Assembly: GCF_006345805.1 (NCBI RefSeq)
Contig: NC_043001.1
Span: forward strand, 79,546,001 to 79,610,000
Direction: 5' to 3'
Origin: Octopus sinensis
Lineage: Eukaryota
Length of the DNA: 64,000 nt
Positions 12,675 to 25,130 of this stretch are shown piece by piece. The notes under the pieces were generated by a model that saw nothing but the letters and a program-made list of their open reading frames with translations, did no database searches and was not told the origin of the DNA. Position 1 is the stretch's first letter. Each line of letters begins with the position of its first letter. The position numbers were made by a program, and so were the translations under genes.

Positions 12675-13505
12675 TAAATTCCTCTATTTACATAATATCG
12701 AGGTCTCTTTCTTTCTTTCTTTTGTTGTCTTACCATTTTTATCAATATATATATATATAAATTTGCCGTGTCTATAATTATACCATGTTACATATTTATT
12801 ATATCATACCTTGATACTGTCTGGACTAAGATGCCCGTTGACAGGTCTCTAGTATTTATAGTGTTAAACACTTTCGGTATGCAAATCAAGGACTCCTTTG
12901 TAGAGTAACTGCTGCATTTGTTGAGTATATGCTGGTGTCCCCGTAACTTAGAGGTTAGGCAAAAGAGACCGATAACATAAGTACTAGGCTTAAAAAGAAT
13001 ATATCCTGGGGGCGATTTGCTGCCTCCCCCTCTCTCCCTTTACATATATATATATATATATATATAATTTCAAAATCCTGTGAAGGTGCACTCTTTGTTA
13101 AAACCACCAAATTCTGGAGAAAAAAACTGGGAGAATGAAGAACTAACAACCCTCCAACAAAAGGAAAAAAACACCTTGTTCGCCAATTACGAAACCGAGT
13201 TCAAAAACGAGCACCTTACAAAAAACCCATATTTTTAAAAAATTAACTACAACTTACGCACATCACCAACAACAAAGAAAACAAATCACAAGACATCAAA
13301 CACACAGCAGTCCTAACTTTGACAACAACAATAACAGAACTTACAGACAACACCATACCCCTATCAAAAGAACCCAAGCAACCAGGAAACCCCCAAATTT
13401 TGACTGCGAATGGTCGTGGACCGTAATCTTGTACTAGTGTTTAGTTTTTTGTTGATATATACATTTATAGTTATTATTATTATTATTATTATTATTATAT
13501 TATTA

Positions 13506-13560
<55 letters not shown>

Positions 13561-13568
<8 letters not shown>

Positions 13569-13817
13569 ATACATACATTAATATATATGCTCTGTGTATT
13601 TTTCAGTGGCTGCATTGGCGTAACGGAGATCATAACTCTCATGTTTCCGGTGTTAAAATTCTTTAGAATCGATGTTATTCATTCAGATTAAAAGCCTACT
13701 CTCGATGATTCTAAGGTGTTTTAACACCGGCGATATGAGAATTATAATCTCCGCTACGCCACCTGCAGCCACTGAAAAAGACACAAAGCATATACATTAA
13801 CATATGTATTTAATAAT
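13561..13817. repeat. MITE-like foldback, ~105-110 bp arms, ~30 bp spacer, next to (ATT)n
   Basis: attaaatacatacattaatatatatgctctgtgtatttttcagtggctgcattggcgtaacggagat... pairs with ...atctccgctacgccacctgcagccactgaaaaagacacaaagcatatacattaacatatgtatttaat. Confidence 0.9.
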
Positions 13818-14179
13818 ATTTATTACACTAGAGCTGCTTTTACTTCATATGTATATATATATATATCTATATATATATATATATATATATAAATATATAT
13901 ATACATACACATATCTGCCTCAACCTCTTTTCTCTTCCCACGTGACCGCCGTTCAGCAAAGCCTGACCTTTCTTTCTTAGTTCGGCCGCCGTCCGTGCAA
14001 CATCTATATTCCTCCCCGTGCCTGTGAGATCTAGTATCCCTACCGTAAGGCTTTAATTCCAGCTTAATTTATACGTCCTTAGTCGAAAGACACCTGTTGT
14101 TATGTCCTGTTATTTGTATTTCTCCGTTTTCTTCCCGTCCTTTTTTTTTTCGTATATATTCGCTGCTTTCTTCAAAGGA

Positions 14180-16010
14180 ATCTAATGCTCTTAGCTTACT
14201 TTTTCCTTGGTGCTGGGCATATTGGAGCACTGTCGTGTATAACCAACCGAGATTACCAGTACATTTGACATTCATCTAAATGGCAACATCGAGTCTTTGA
14301 AATTTAGTAAGTATACTAAAACCTCACTCACAGCCCATACAGATGTAAAATTGCTCCACAATTGTCCACCGTCTTTGCAATATCATAAAATCTCTTCGTC
14401 TGGAAGAATAAATGTTACAATATGAATGACATTTAAATCAATTTGGGCCTATTGTTGTTGTTACCAACAACAGTTGTAATCATATAACTATATGAGTATC
14501 TTCAGTAAGAAAAACCATATTTTATACGTAAGACATTAAATTTTTCGTCGAAAATTATGATTGCAGAATCAGTGATTGTAGAGAAGTTAAATCTTACCAG
14601 TCTTATAACTTAAATTTAGGAAACCATTTTCCTGAATGAAGACAGAGACGATTTTAAAAAGTCAACAGCGAACATTTATCTATTGTTATGCTTTCGTCTG
14701 GTTGTAGGTTTAACCAAACTTTAATTCTATGAAACGATACCTCTCAGCTAGTACATTCTTATCTGGCAAATTCTGCTTCTCTTAAAACGAACGAAATTAA
14801 TCATTATAAGCCATATTTTTGTAGAATCTTGTACAATTCATCTAGTTCTTTAATAATATCGCTTAAAACTTCTATTACAACTTCGTATGTGATGCTTATC
14901 AATTTCTTGTGACACTATTTAGCCAGAAGGTGATTTGACTTATCTTCTTCAAAGTGAGTGATCAGTACTTCATCATTTTTTACTATTATTGCCTGCAATA
15001 CAAAGTGTCTAGATAACCATCTGACTTTATTAAGTGGTTTATGAAAGCAATAGCTTCATTTCCAGAGGTTTATACAATTTCTTTAAACTTGCATCTTTTA
15101 ACTTTAGATCGATAAAACGCAGTAGAGATAGTTCTCATCAACGATTAAATGTCTCATATTAATTGACTTGTTTCCATGTATCAGAAATCCACAAGCTTTC
15201 AAAATGTGCAACTCAGTATTGTTGCTTTATGTTTTAAACGATCTGTTTCTGTCGCGCTGCGATATCCCTGGATCGGCCAAACATTTCTGACGATCCATCC
15301 GATATAAACATCGCCATTTTAAAGATTATAGTTTCCTTCTCTTCATAAACTGTTCTAAGACTAACAATAGAGACCTCACTTCCTCTCATCTTACCTGATC
15401 AAGATTATTCAACAGTCACATTTGAATGATTTCACTATAAAACATTTTATACAAAATGATATTTTAAGAAATTAATCTGAATGTTCATAATGAGACATCT
15501 GTTGATATATATACCGAGGTTTCATCCAGTGTTCTTTCTAATTCTTCCCATGTTTTTAACAACACTATTGTTGATAATCTCCAGAAATTTATAATTATCC
15601 CTCTCGCCAACTATCTGGTAGTTGTACATAATTTGCCATAGATTCGTTAATGTGTTGAACTGAATGTGAAAGTTATTTATTTTAACAGACAGTAATAGAG
15701 GACCTTTGATGTGCTTTGGGTTTGATCACTTTCGCTCTCGCTCGTCTGCATTCTCGCGGAACATGCGTAACATTCTTGCAACGGGGAATGGCGCGTTTTG
15801 TTGACTGAGTTTTTGTACTCGGTCCAAATTACGATTTATTTGCCAAATGACGTTTCAAAATGTCAAGTTTCCAAATAACATCCAACTTCTTTCCACTAGC
15901 AAATTTCGCAGAAACTTTTCCATCACAATACAAACAGATTACTCCAGTTTCGATATCATACGTAAATATTTTTCATAGTTAACTGTTCGTAACCCCATGA
16001 ACTTTCGGTG
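14180..16010 (-). mobile_element. hAT-superfamily transposase relic (zinc-finger N-terminus to hATC dimerisation motif), many stops and frameshifts
   Basis: Minus-strand peptides in the expected order: VICLYC...WKLDILKRHL (15937-15843), STDVS (15506-15492), DGSSEMFG (15300-15277), VRWLSRHFVLQAI (~15025-14990), CE*GFS (14333-14316; CERGFS with a likely CGA>TGA change). TIRs not identified. Confidence 0.8.
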
Positions 16011-16869
16011 AGGCAGTTTTACTATTTTGTTAAGTCATTCAACTTTAAATAACCTTGAAGTTCGTTTGCGCTTCACGCTTCTCGCTTTTTTTGAATTCGA
16101 TATTGTGAATCAATATTTTTTCTAACAAAAATTCAGTAAACTATCTACAGAATTAGAAACAGATCTGTATAAGTTAAATGATATGAAAAATGTCCACCAA
16201 ACATTGTTGAAGATGTGTGACTGCTGAATATACTTGAACGGGAAAGATGAGATGAAGTATAGTAATGATAAGAAAAATGTGGTATCTGTAAAACAGACTA
16301 ATTGATTAACAGAAACAGTTGGTTAAGTGATTATTCTCTATAAGTATAATTATTAATTACTATATTATTTTAGGCTCTGGTTGCAAATGGTTTGTTCTCA
16401 CAGGGAAATGCTAAAATAGAATAAAAGAACGATATCAAATCTGGCTTCACACAGGGTTTGAAATATGAACACTTTCAAACGTTGTGCTCGACGCCGGTTG
16501 CATATTTGGAATTAATTACAGCAATCCGGTTTGCGTTAAAATCTGCAAAGAAAGAGATTAGTCAGTAAATGGACATTTCATAGTAATATTAATAATTTTC
16601 TCACGAAGCTGTGTTTTATATAATTTATATTGTATTCAAATGCTTTATACTTCGACTTAGATGGATGGTTAATCTTATCTGCGTATTATTTTCTGCCTAT
16701 AGTACAGGTTGCGTAAGACATTTGGGGACGGATTTATGTTTATAAGAAAACAGATATATAATAACAGATAATAACTTTACTTACCAAAACATACTATGAC
16801 AATAAAAATAAACGTTCCTTTTATAGTGTTATTCAATAAGTTCACGTTCAGCTTCAACAACTGCTTCTA

Positions 16870-18126
16870 CGAGGGCGTTCAATAAGTAATGCCCCTGACC
16901 CACTTGCAATTGCTTGATCTAGCTGAAATTTTGCGTGTGTAATTATTGATATCTTTATAGAGCAGGTGGCAAATTACAGCTCTGAACTAATTGGGGTTTC
17001 TGATTTACAGGTGTTTGAACTGAGTCATGTGTGAAATGGAGCCTGTTGAGTGTCGAGCAGTGATCTGGCTTTTGTATTTGAAAGGACGCACACCACGGGA
17101 GACTTTTGATGAAATGAAAGTAACTTATGGTAATGATGCCCCATCATATGACTTTGTAAAACGCTGGCATCGTGAATTCAAACATGGTCGGAACTCGGTG
17201 GAAATAGCTCCCAGAACTGGTCGCCCCCTTCTGCAATTGATGAGGCATCTGTCCGTCAAGTTGATACTGCCATTTTGGAAGATCGACGCATAACTATTCG
17301 CCAAATAGCCCACAAGGTCAAGATTAGTACCGGGTCTGTGGAAACTATCATTCATGACCATTTGCATATGCAAAAGGTGTCTGCCAGATGGATTCCCAGG
17401 TTGCTCACGCCTTTCCAGAAGCAAGAACGCGTCGAGTGCTCGAGGATGAATTTGGAGATGTGCCAAGAAGATGAGTCAAAATTTTTCAAAAGACTGATCA
17501 CACAGGATGAAACCTGGGTCCATCACTATGATCGAGAGACCAAAACCCAGTCAATGCAGTGGAAGCATCGTGATTCACTTCCTCCAAAGAAGGCAAGGGT
17601 GCAGCCCTCCGCTGGCAAGGTCATGCTCACAGTCTTCTGGGACCAGGACGGAGTAGTGATAACATATTTCCTGGCAAAGGGTACCACAATTACAGGAGCC
17701 TATTATGCTTCACCTTTGAGGAAATTAAGAGAAGCTATCAAAATCAAGAGGCTGGGCAAGATCAGCAAAGGCATCCTCCTCCTGCAGGACAACGCTTGTC
17801 GCCAGATCAGAAGCACAGGCTCCCCCATCACCCCTACTCTCCTGACCTTGAACCCTCTGATTTTCACCTCTTTCCAGCCATGAAGTTGTTTTTGAAAGGA
17901 AAGCGTTTCCCAGATGATGCAGCCTTGATTTCTGAAGTCACGTCGTGGTTGGAGGACCAAGCTGGGTCTTCTAAAAAAAACGGTCTCCAGAGCTGCATCA
18001 AACAATGGGAGAAATGCGTAACTCTGGGTGGTTCCTATGTAGAGAAAGACTAATAACTGTGCAAAGTTTCGTTGCTCTACTGCTATGGAAAGTGGGCCAG
18101 GGGCATTACTTATTGAACGCCCCTCG
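16870..18126 (+). mobile_element. Mariner (DD34D-type) DNA transposon, near full length (1257 bp), with TIRs and TA TSD
   Basis: Left TA(16868-9)+cgagggcgttcaataagtaatgcccctgacccac; right gtgggccaggggcattacttattgaacgcccctcg+TA(18127-8). The TIRs differ by one substitution and one extra C. Confidence 0.97.
17027..18053 (+). pseudogene. Mariner transposase pseudogene in three frames
   Basis: HTH region, GRP, RRITIRQIA, WIPRLL (WVPHEL equivalent), ITQDETW (D at 17506), LLQDNA (D at 17788), YSPDLEPSDF (D at 17859). There is a frameshift in the C-run at ~17224-17228 and short deletions after QDN. Confidence 0.93.
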
Positions 18127-18129
18127 TAT

Positions 18130-19020
18130 ATGATAAACTTTTAGAATTTAAATCAATACTAAATAGTATAAACACTAACATTCAATTTGCAATAGAATAT
18201 AGCAAAGAACATCTCCCTTTCTTAGATATTCTAATAAAAAGTCAATGACAAAATTGTAAGCCCTTAGAACAAAACTAACTGACAGACACTATCCACCCTC
18301 TCTTATAGATGATGGAATTGAACGTGCCAAGAAAATAGACATTAAAACACTAAGGGAAATAGATCGAAACCTCATCTTAAAATACTACCGTATATATCAA
18401 TGAGACATACAACACAATTGTACAAAATCAACCAATGCTCAGGAGGGATCCAAAAATGAGCAACATTCTGAAAACACATAAATTTATCAAATGTAACAAG
18501 CCATCTAAATCGTTAAAATACTACTAACAAATGCAAAACTTCACACAACAACCACGAAACCAACGGTTAAATGATGTGGACTTCCTAAATGTGAACCATG
18601 CCCCAACCTACTGGAATTTTCGGGATTTCATTTCAAACAAGGTGTAAGGTGTATAATTAAGACCAACTTCACTTCTGTATACAAGAATTTAATATATGTT
18701 ATAAACTAGTTCAGGTTGTTGATATGACTATATAGAACAGACAAGCATGTCACTTAGATGGAGAACCACACTACATAAGGAACAGATCCGTTTCCAAGGT
18801 ATAGACATATACTTTTGATTGAACACAGAAAGATGATCTCCATGTAAATCTCGCAGTTTACCCCACCATCAAGGGCAAAGAAACAATTTCTGTACAAGAA
18901 CGTTTAAATAAAGAAAATATATTTATCAAGTAATACAGAACACGCCTAAATATGAACGCATAAACAATTTTGGGTTCAGTATATATTTAGATTAATAATC
19001 ACATGTTTCATTGTAAAATT
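18130..19020 (+). mobile_element. Penelope-like retroelement relic (RT end, thumb, GIY-YIG)
   Basis: LLEFKSILNSINTNIQF..EYSKEHLPFLDILIK (LPFLD at 18213), YPPSLIDDGIERAK, CGLPKCEPCP (18576-18605), KNLIYVI and YIEQTSMSLRWRTTLHKEQI. Confidence 0.8.
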
Positions 19021-19209
19021 TCTTCTCACTAAGTTAGTTTATGAGTTTTTGCATGTTTATTTATCCCACCCCCAAAACAAGCAATTACGTTCCCTGTCCC
19101 GAGTAATAACTATCACCAATTACCTACCTTTAGCCTTTTCTATTTGTTGATTTATTCACAAATTTTCATACAAAAGCAGGGAGTAAAATCTTCTTTAGAA
19201 TATACGAAA

Positions 19210-19600
19210 TGACAATAATGTCAATGTCATGATTAGCGAAAGTGAAACCGGTCGACAAGCGCAGTATCCAGACGAATTGCTTCTGGATTATCTTTTTGTC
19301 TAGGTCAGAGACTGCTGTTATAATACTTGCCTTCAATTCATCTTTGGTGTTGCAATGATTTTGGTCTCTCGCTCCACTGGACTCCACACACATAAAAGCA
19401 TAACATTGCAATTACTAGTGATCACTCGAAACACCATGATGCTGACTGGATGATTGATTTTTATCAATTTCGGTACATGTTCTCAGATTGCACTGTCCTG
19501 AGATTGACACCCAAACACACTGAAATGTTTGTATGTGAGTTTCCGGTGCAAATGCCAAGCAATACAATGCGTTTTTCCCAAATATCTGGCAGGGTGAATA
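19210..19600 (-). mobile_element. Internally deleted Tc1/mariner relic (maT/DD37D-like)
   Basis: Minus-strand peptides: KRIVLLGICTGNSHTNISVCLGVNLRTVQ (HTH), NHPVSIMVFRVITS, VWSPVERET and CNTKDELKASIITAVSDLDKKIIQK (C-terminal). The subfamily assignment is from memory. Confidence 0.7.
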
Positions 19601-19749
19601 ACGCTATGGTAATATTTTTCTCATAAACGATGCCCAAGGAACCCTACTGTAACGTGTAGTCGACAAAATCAAAAACAAAGAATGCGCATGAATGAAATCA
19701 ACATATAAAATGGCGACAACTTACCCATCGCATTCTGTATGTATGTATG

Positions 19750-19797
<48 letters not shown>

Positions 19798-19801
<4 letters not shown>

Positions 19802-20298
19802 CAGTATCGCCCGGCGTTGCTCGGGTTTGTAAGGGAAATAACTATATAAGCATTTTTAGAGAGTTACTTCCTTTATAGATGCCAATTCGGGCTTTCTTAG
19901 CCATTTCTGTTTTGGTGTCTTCAAGCCATGAAGTCGTTGTTCTAAAAGAACGCTGGTCTCCTTGACAACGCATTACGACGTTGATTTCCTTACACTCCCT
20001 TCCCCACAGCTTCACGAGGGAGGGAAGAAGGGGGAGAAGCAAACACAGGTGCAGGTGTTTGAGCGTGGATGCCAACTCCGCCGCCATCGACACACGAAAA
20101 ATTATGCATTAAAATGGAATAAAAAATGATGTTAAATTATTTTTTAAATCGTAGACTCATCGTAGACGCGCGCTAATAACCAGACGGGCTCGATATTAAT
20201 CACGACTATAAGATACCCGAATTTGGTTAAACTGCATGGCAAAATGTGGGAGGAGCTAGGAATCTAAATCGTAGGAGACAGACACTCACACAACTACA

Positions 20299-20341
<43 letters not shown>
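19798..20341 (-). mobile_element. Non-autonomous Helitron-like element embedded in (TA)n
   Basis: Minus strand ends cccgagcaacgccggg (hairpin, 19825-19810) + 8 nt + CTAA (CTRR). A possible 5' TC lies at 20341-20340, with (TA)n and gacagacac repeats near the 5' end. Confidence 0.65.
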
Positions 20342-20342
<1 letters not shown>

Positions 20343-20635
20343 TGTAGGTATGTTTGTGTATATGTGTGTTAACGTGTTTTTGTGTGTGTATCCTTGTGCG
20401 TGTGTTTGTTCTTCATTGGCGCCTGACAACCGGCGTTGGTGTACTTACGTCCCTGCAAGATAGCGGTTTGGAAAAAGAGCCTGAGTTCCAGCATAAAATA
20501 TAAAAACAGTACTGGTGTTGATTCATGCTACTAAAATATCCATGAGGCGCAGCTCGGGCATATCAGCAGACTAAGGCCTGAGACAAGTAAATGGACAAAA
20601 ATATTTACATACATATATATATGCATATATATATA

Positions 20636-20707
<72 letters not shown>

Positions 20708-20834
20708 CATACATATATATATGTGTGTGTGTGTGCATATATATTTATGTATATATATATATAGATAGATAGATGTATTTTGAAATGTTTTAACTGAGGA
20801 GGTTTTACGTAATATGTATATATATATATATATT

Positions 20835-20980
20835 CCTCATTCCTTTCTGTTGAAGAGCGTAGGCTCGAAACATAAATGACTTTTTCCTTTTTACCGAGCG
20901 TCAAACTAATTCACTTGCTTCACGTTCACAAACCTGTTTTCGTCTTTTGGTTTTCTTAAAATTTCAACTATATATATAGA
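20835..20980 (+). mobile_element. Solo PLE terminal cassette (pLTR-like) with hammerhead-like motif
   Basis: ctttCTGTTGAaGAGCgtagGCTCGAAACata (core at 20847-20871), followed by the ~110 bp tail shared with 36250 and 58650; flanked by TA repeats. Confidence 0.7.
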
Positions 20981-21199
20981 TGTGTGTGAGTGTGCGTGTG
21001 CGTGTGCGAGCGCGCAAGCCACATATCATAATGAACTAAATAAACTCAATAATATAAGAAACCTGAAAAATTGATAAGGCAGCATATAGAAAACGCACAT
21101 ATTAAACAAGGGAAAACGAAAAACAGAAAAAAAAACAGGATCTAAAATGCAAACAATTAAACGTAAAATTAGACTTTATACGCTAAGTCTGGATAGATT

Positions 21200-22450
21200 T
21201 CAAATCATTTAGAAATAGAGAAGCTATTCTTCAAAATATATTCATACATATTTATGCAACCACTGAAAATTTCTGACCTGGAATTCATTAGAGTTAAGGA
21301 TCTTAGATCTATATCTCAATGTATTTGCTATAAATAAACCTACAATATTAAACACATTGTGATATAGATACCCATCTCATGACGTTGTCCAATACTGTGA
21401 CGAGGGTTTGGACATTTCCCATGGTCATACTGTTGATAGATTTAGGAAACAATTCATTTCTGCTTTTAATCAACCAAGGCGTAAAATAAAAGTTTCTACT
21501 AATCTCTATATAGAGATGTTTCCTTAGATTTAAACTCCTCCTCGTATAAACCTTTTCATAAGCCTAATGGGAAACTGGCATATATACAAAAGCAGTCTTG
21601 TCACATTCCTTTAATATTTAAAAGCCTGATAGCTAATATTAATAACACAGTGTCTAACCTCTCTTCTTCGAAAAAAATTTCGTAAAAGCTGCCCCCTGTT
21701 ATAACAAGTCCATAATAGCTTCAAAGATAAATAAATAAATAATCCATCTCATAATAATCAAAATATGTATAATAGATCTAGTGGCGTTAAAGAGTAGTAC
21801 ATAACCACTCTAGTGTGAATCAAGATGAAATGAAGCCTAAACATAGACCAAGGAAAATTGTTTCGCCCTCACTCTTTTTCCCCTAATATAAAAGCTAAAA
21901 GATTCCTGTTTCTCCTAGACAAACACTTTCCTGTCACTCACAGATCCAAGAAAATATTTAATAGGTGTTCTGCTACCCCAATATAAAGAGTATCATTACA
22001 CGTGGTCAGTACCAAGAGCTTCACTCCAGTTGCATCCCTCGCACCCCAGGATCCTGTCCACCTACGATGTATGATTAAATCTATCATATGTAAGGCAGAA
22101 GTTACTGCAAGCCTAAATGATACAACTGATGAGAAGGCCTATGTGAAGATAAATCTTAAAACAGTTATGCTAATCACATATTTTCCTTCCGAGATGGGTA
22201 CAATAGTGAAAATATTAAGTTGGCTAGCTATGTATGAACTTTGAAAGATAACGAAACACTGCATGTGACTAAATGGTAAGTAATTGAGAAATACCATATG
22301 TGAATGGATCGAATAAATGTCGGCTTTGTTTGGCTGAAAGAATGTAGATCCTGTTCAAATATACGTCCCTAACTCTCTATTGATCTCTAGGGAAGAAATT
22401 TTCAGCATTTGCATCAACATGTATAAACATATTTTGAAGAATTGGAAAAC
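21200..22450 (+). mobile_element. Penelope-like retroelement relic, YRDDGL-type lineage (probably Naiad-like), RT + C-terminal GIY-YIG
   Basis: Peptides YCDEGL...DRFRKQFISAF, YKPFHKPNGKLAYIQKQSCHIP, KAAPCYN, FSPNIKAKRFLFLLDKHFPVTHRSKKIFNR, IKSIICKAEV, YANHIFSF and NKCRLCLAE are colinear with the marine-invertebrate PLE pattern as I recall it. Confidence 0.85.
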
Positions 22451-22665
22451 TCCACCTATTCCTGACTAACTTGATATCTTTTCAGCTTTATCATTTAAAA
22501 TCTAAGGAAGATAGCTCTGTTCCCTTTTTTATTTTTACTTTTAAATTTTAGTTTCTGTTTTTCGTTTTCCGTGCTTTACTGTCAGCGTTTTCTATACGCT
22601 GTCTTTTCAGTTGTTTTTCTGTTTCCTCTATAATTCAATTACTTTAGTTCGTTATGATATGTGAT

Positions 22666-22720
22666 TTGCACCTGAAGAATATGTTTGAGTTTTCACAGCA
22701 TATGAAGCTATTGGTAGCAG
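22666..22720 (+). ncRNA. Degenerate hammerhead ribozyme motif downstream of the PLE relic
   Basis: CTGAAGA (22672-22678), stem II ATATG/CATAT (22679-83/22699-703), GAAGC (GAAAC variant) and a possible GTA site at 22714-16. Stem I is weak. Confidence 0.45.
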
Positions 22721-22831
22721 TTTAATACGAGTTATGATATTTAAATAAATAATATGTATATATATATATATATAGAGAGAGAGAGGGAAGAGAGAGAGAG
22801 ACATATATATGTGTGTGTATATAATATAGGA

Positions 22832-22881
<50 letters not shown>

Positions 22882-23415
22882 TATGTCTGTTACATTTCGT
22901 GTTTGATTTCATGTCGAGTTATAATAAAGACAATTTGGTATTTAACCGAAGAACTACTATTTTCTGGGACATATATCTTATATATTTATATAAGAAAGGA
23001 AATAGCCGTCTTTCTTCTTGTAGCAGTATATTTACATACACATAAATATACATATACATATACATATATATATATACATATATATACATTTTATATGCAG
23101 AATTGTATGTACACATACACGTACACACACATCCACACATATGCATATTCAGTCAACCTAAGTGATTTTTTGCTTTAATGTAACTTATTCTATTATTCCT
23201 AAATGTAAGTTCCTTGTTTCTACTTGTTTCTCATCATGAACGTTCACTTCAACAGGTGTTCGCACGAACGAACAGGAATGCCTGCACATCTTAAAATGCA
23301 AGAATGTACGGGCGTGCATACGTTCGTAAATACGAGAATATATAGTTGGTGTCAAGTATGAATATCAACTTCAAACGGGAAAAAGACATCAGGAATGGTA
23401 ATTGAAAATATGTGT

Positions 23416-23454
<39 letters not shown>

Positions 23455-23562
23455 TGCGTGTATGTGAGTGTGTGTGTGTATATATATATATGCTTGAATA
23501 TGTGTATTTAAATATATACATATATATATATACACACATACGCCACACACACACACACACAT

Positions 23563-23601
<39 letters not shown>

Positions 23602-23716
23602 ATATATATATATATATACCTACACTATTGCATATATATATATTTACATATTTATACAAACATATATAAGCATGGATGTATATATACATAAGCATATGTG
23701 TAGATATATGTGTGCA

Positions 23717-23791
<75 letters not shown>

Positions 23792-25130
23792 TGCGTGTGT
23801 GCGTGTGTATGTGTATTTATGGTTATATATGTATATATATATGTATATACACACATGCATACACACACCCATATATATACATATATTGACATTAATATTA
23901 TTGACATATGTATAAACACGTAAACGCCCACCTATATATCCATGTACCTTAAGATCACAGGCATGTAACCATGGTGTCTCTTATGCGTATCTTTATGTGT
24001 GCTTATATCTGCGAATGTGCATATCCTATATATATCCAAGTCTCTGCATGCTGGTCTCTGCTTAGCTTTGACGTTTTCCAATGTTTTATCTACTCGTGAA
24101 ACTAAATTCTTATCTATGAGAATTCATTGTCTCTTCCGTGTGTGGACGTGTGCGTATATGGATGTGCGTACATGTGTACGTACGAGCAAGAAGTATTGCC
24201 TGCGCAACTGGATATGTGCTATTACGCAAGCAAGCAGATACATGCATATCAACATTTGCGTTCACATCTTACAAGCGTATCCTGATAGATGCGCACGGTA
24301 TATGAATATCTACAACCTGGATTTTGAATACATTTTTCCCTATATACCCAAATACCTACATGCACATGTGTGTCAAACAACAGTGGAAAACGTCAAAGCT
24401 AAGTTTCAAAGTAATGTTATACCATTAATTCGGAGCTTAAAATCTAATATTGAATATTTCTCCCTGTACTCTTTCTCTTCTTTCCTTACACAAGTCAGCA
24501 TGCCTCTCTCGACTATCTTTTTCATATGACCGCAGTGCTATGCAATTAATTATTAAGCAGACAAACATTGTTCACGCTACTTTATTACAACATTCTCCAT
24601 ATTAATATAGCCTCCATTAAATTTATCATATTCTCTATATTAACATAACTTCATATACGTCAAAACTCTTTCACTACCTCATAACCTTTGTAACAATTAG
24701 TCCATTTTGTTTTGTCTTCTTTTTCGCTGATTACTTAATATAATATGGATTACTTTAATCATCTTTTTTTTCTTCTGTTAATATAACTTCAATGGAATTC
24801 ATCAAATATCCAAAATGGCAAAAGCCTTGTCTTCGGAATCTTTTTACTCGTTTATCTCCAAACGTCAAATATTACTCAGATTTATATGTTACGCTGTCTT
24901 CTCATTACTGATCAAGAACAATTTAATCACCCACAAAGATCCTACTTCATCGAGTATGTTCAAACAGGCATAGGATAAAAGAGACAGTTAATCTCTCTTT
25001 CTGATTTCTATCAAAACCAGGAAAAATACGCAAGCATTTACCTTTTGACAATTCTGAAATATGTTTCATGAATAATATATCTCGTTTATATTTTAACTTT
25101 TATCTTGCATGTATTTCAGTCATTAAACTG

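Noticed and set aside
19842-20093. 83 aa signal-peptide-like ORF
   Set aside because: Lies inside the Helitron-like repeat; no gene context.
23999-24529. 176 aa ORF
   Set aside because: Largely degenerate TG/TA repeat sequence; no motif or convincing splice context.
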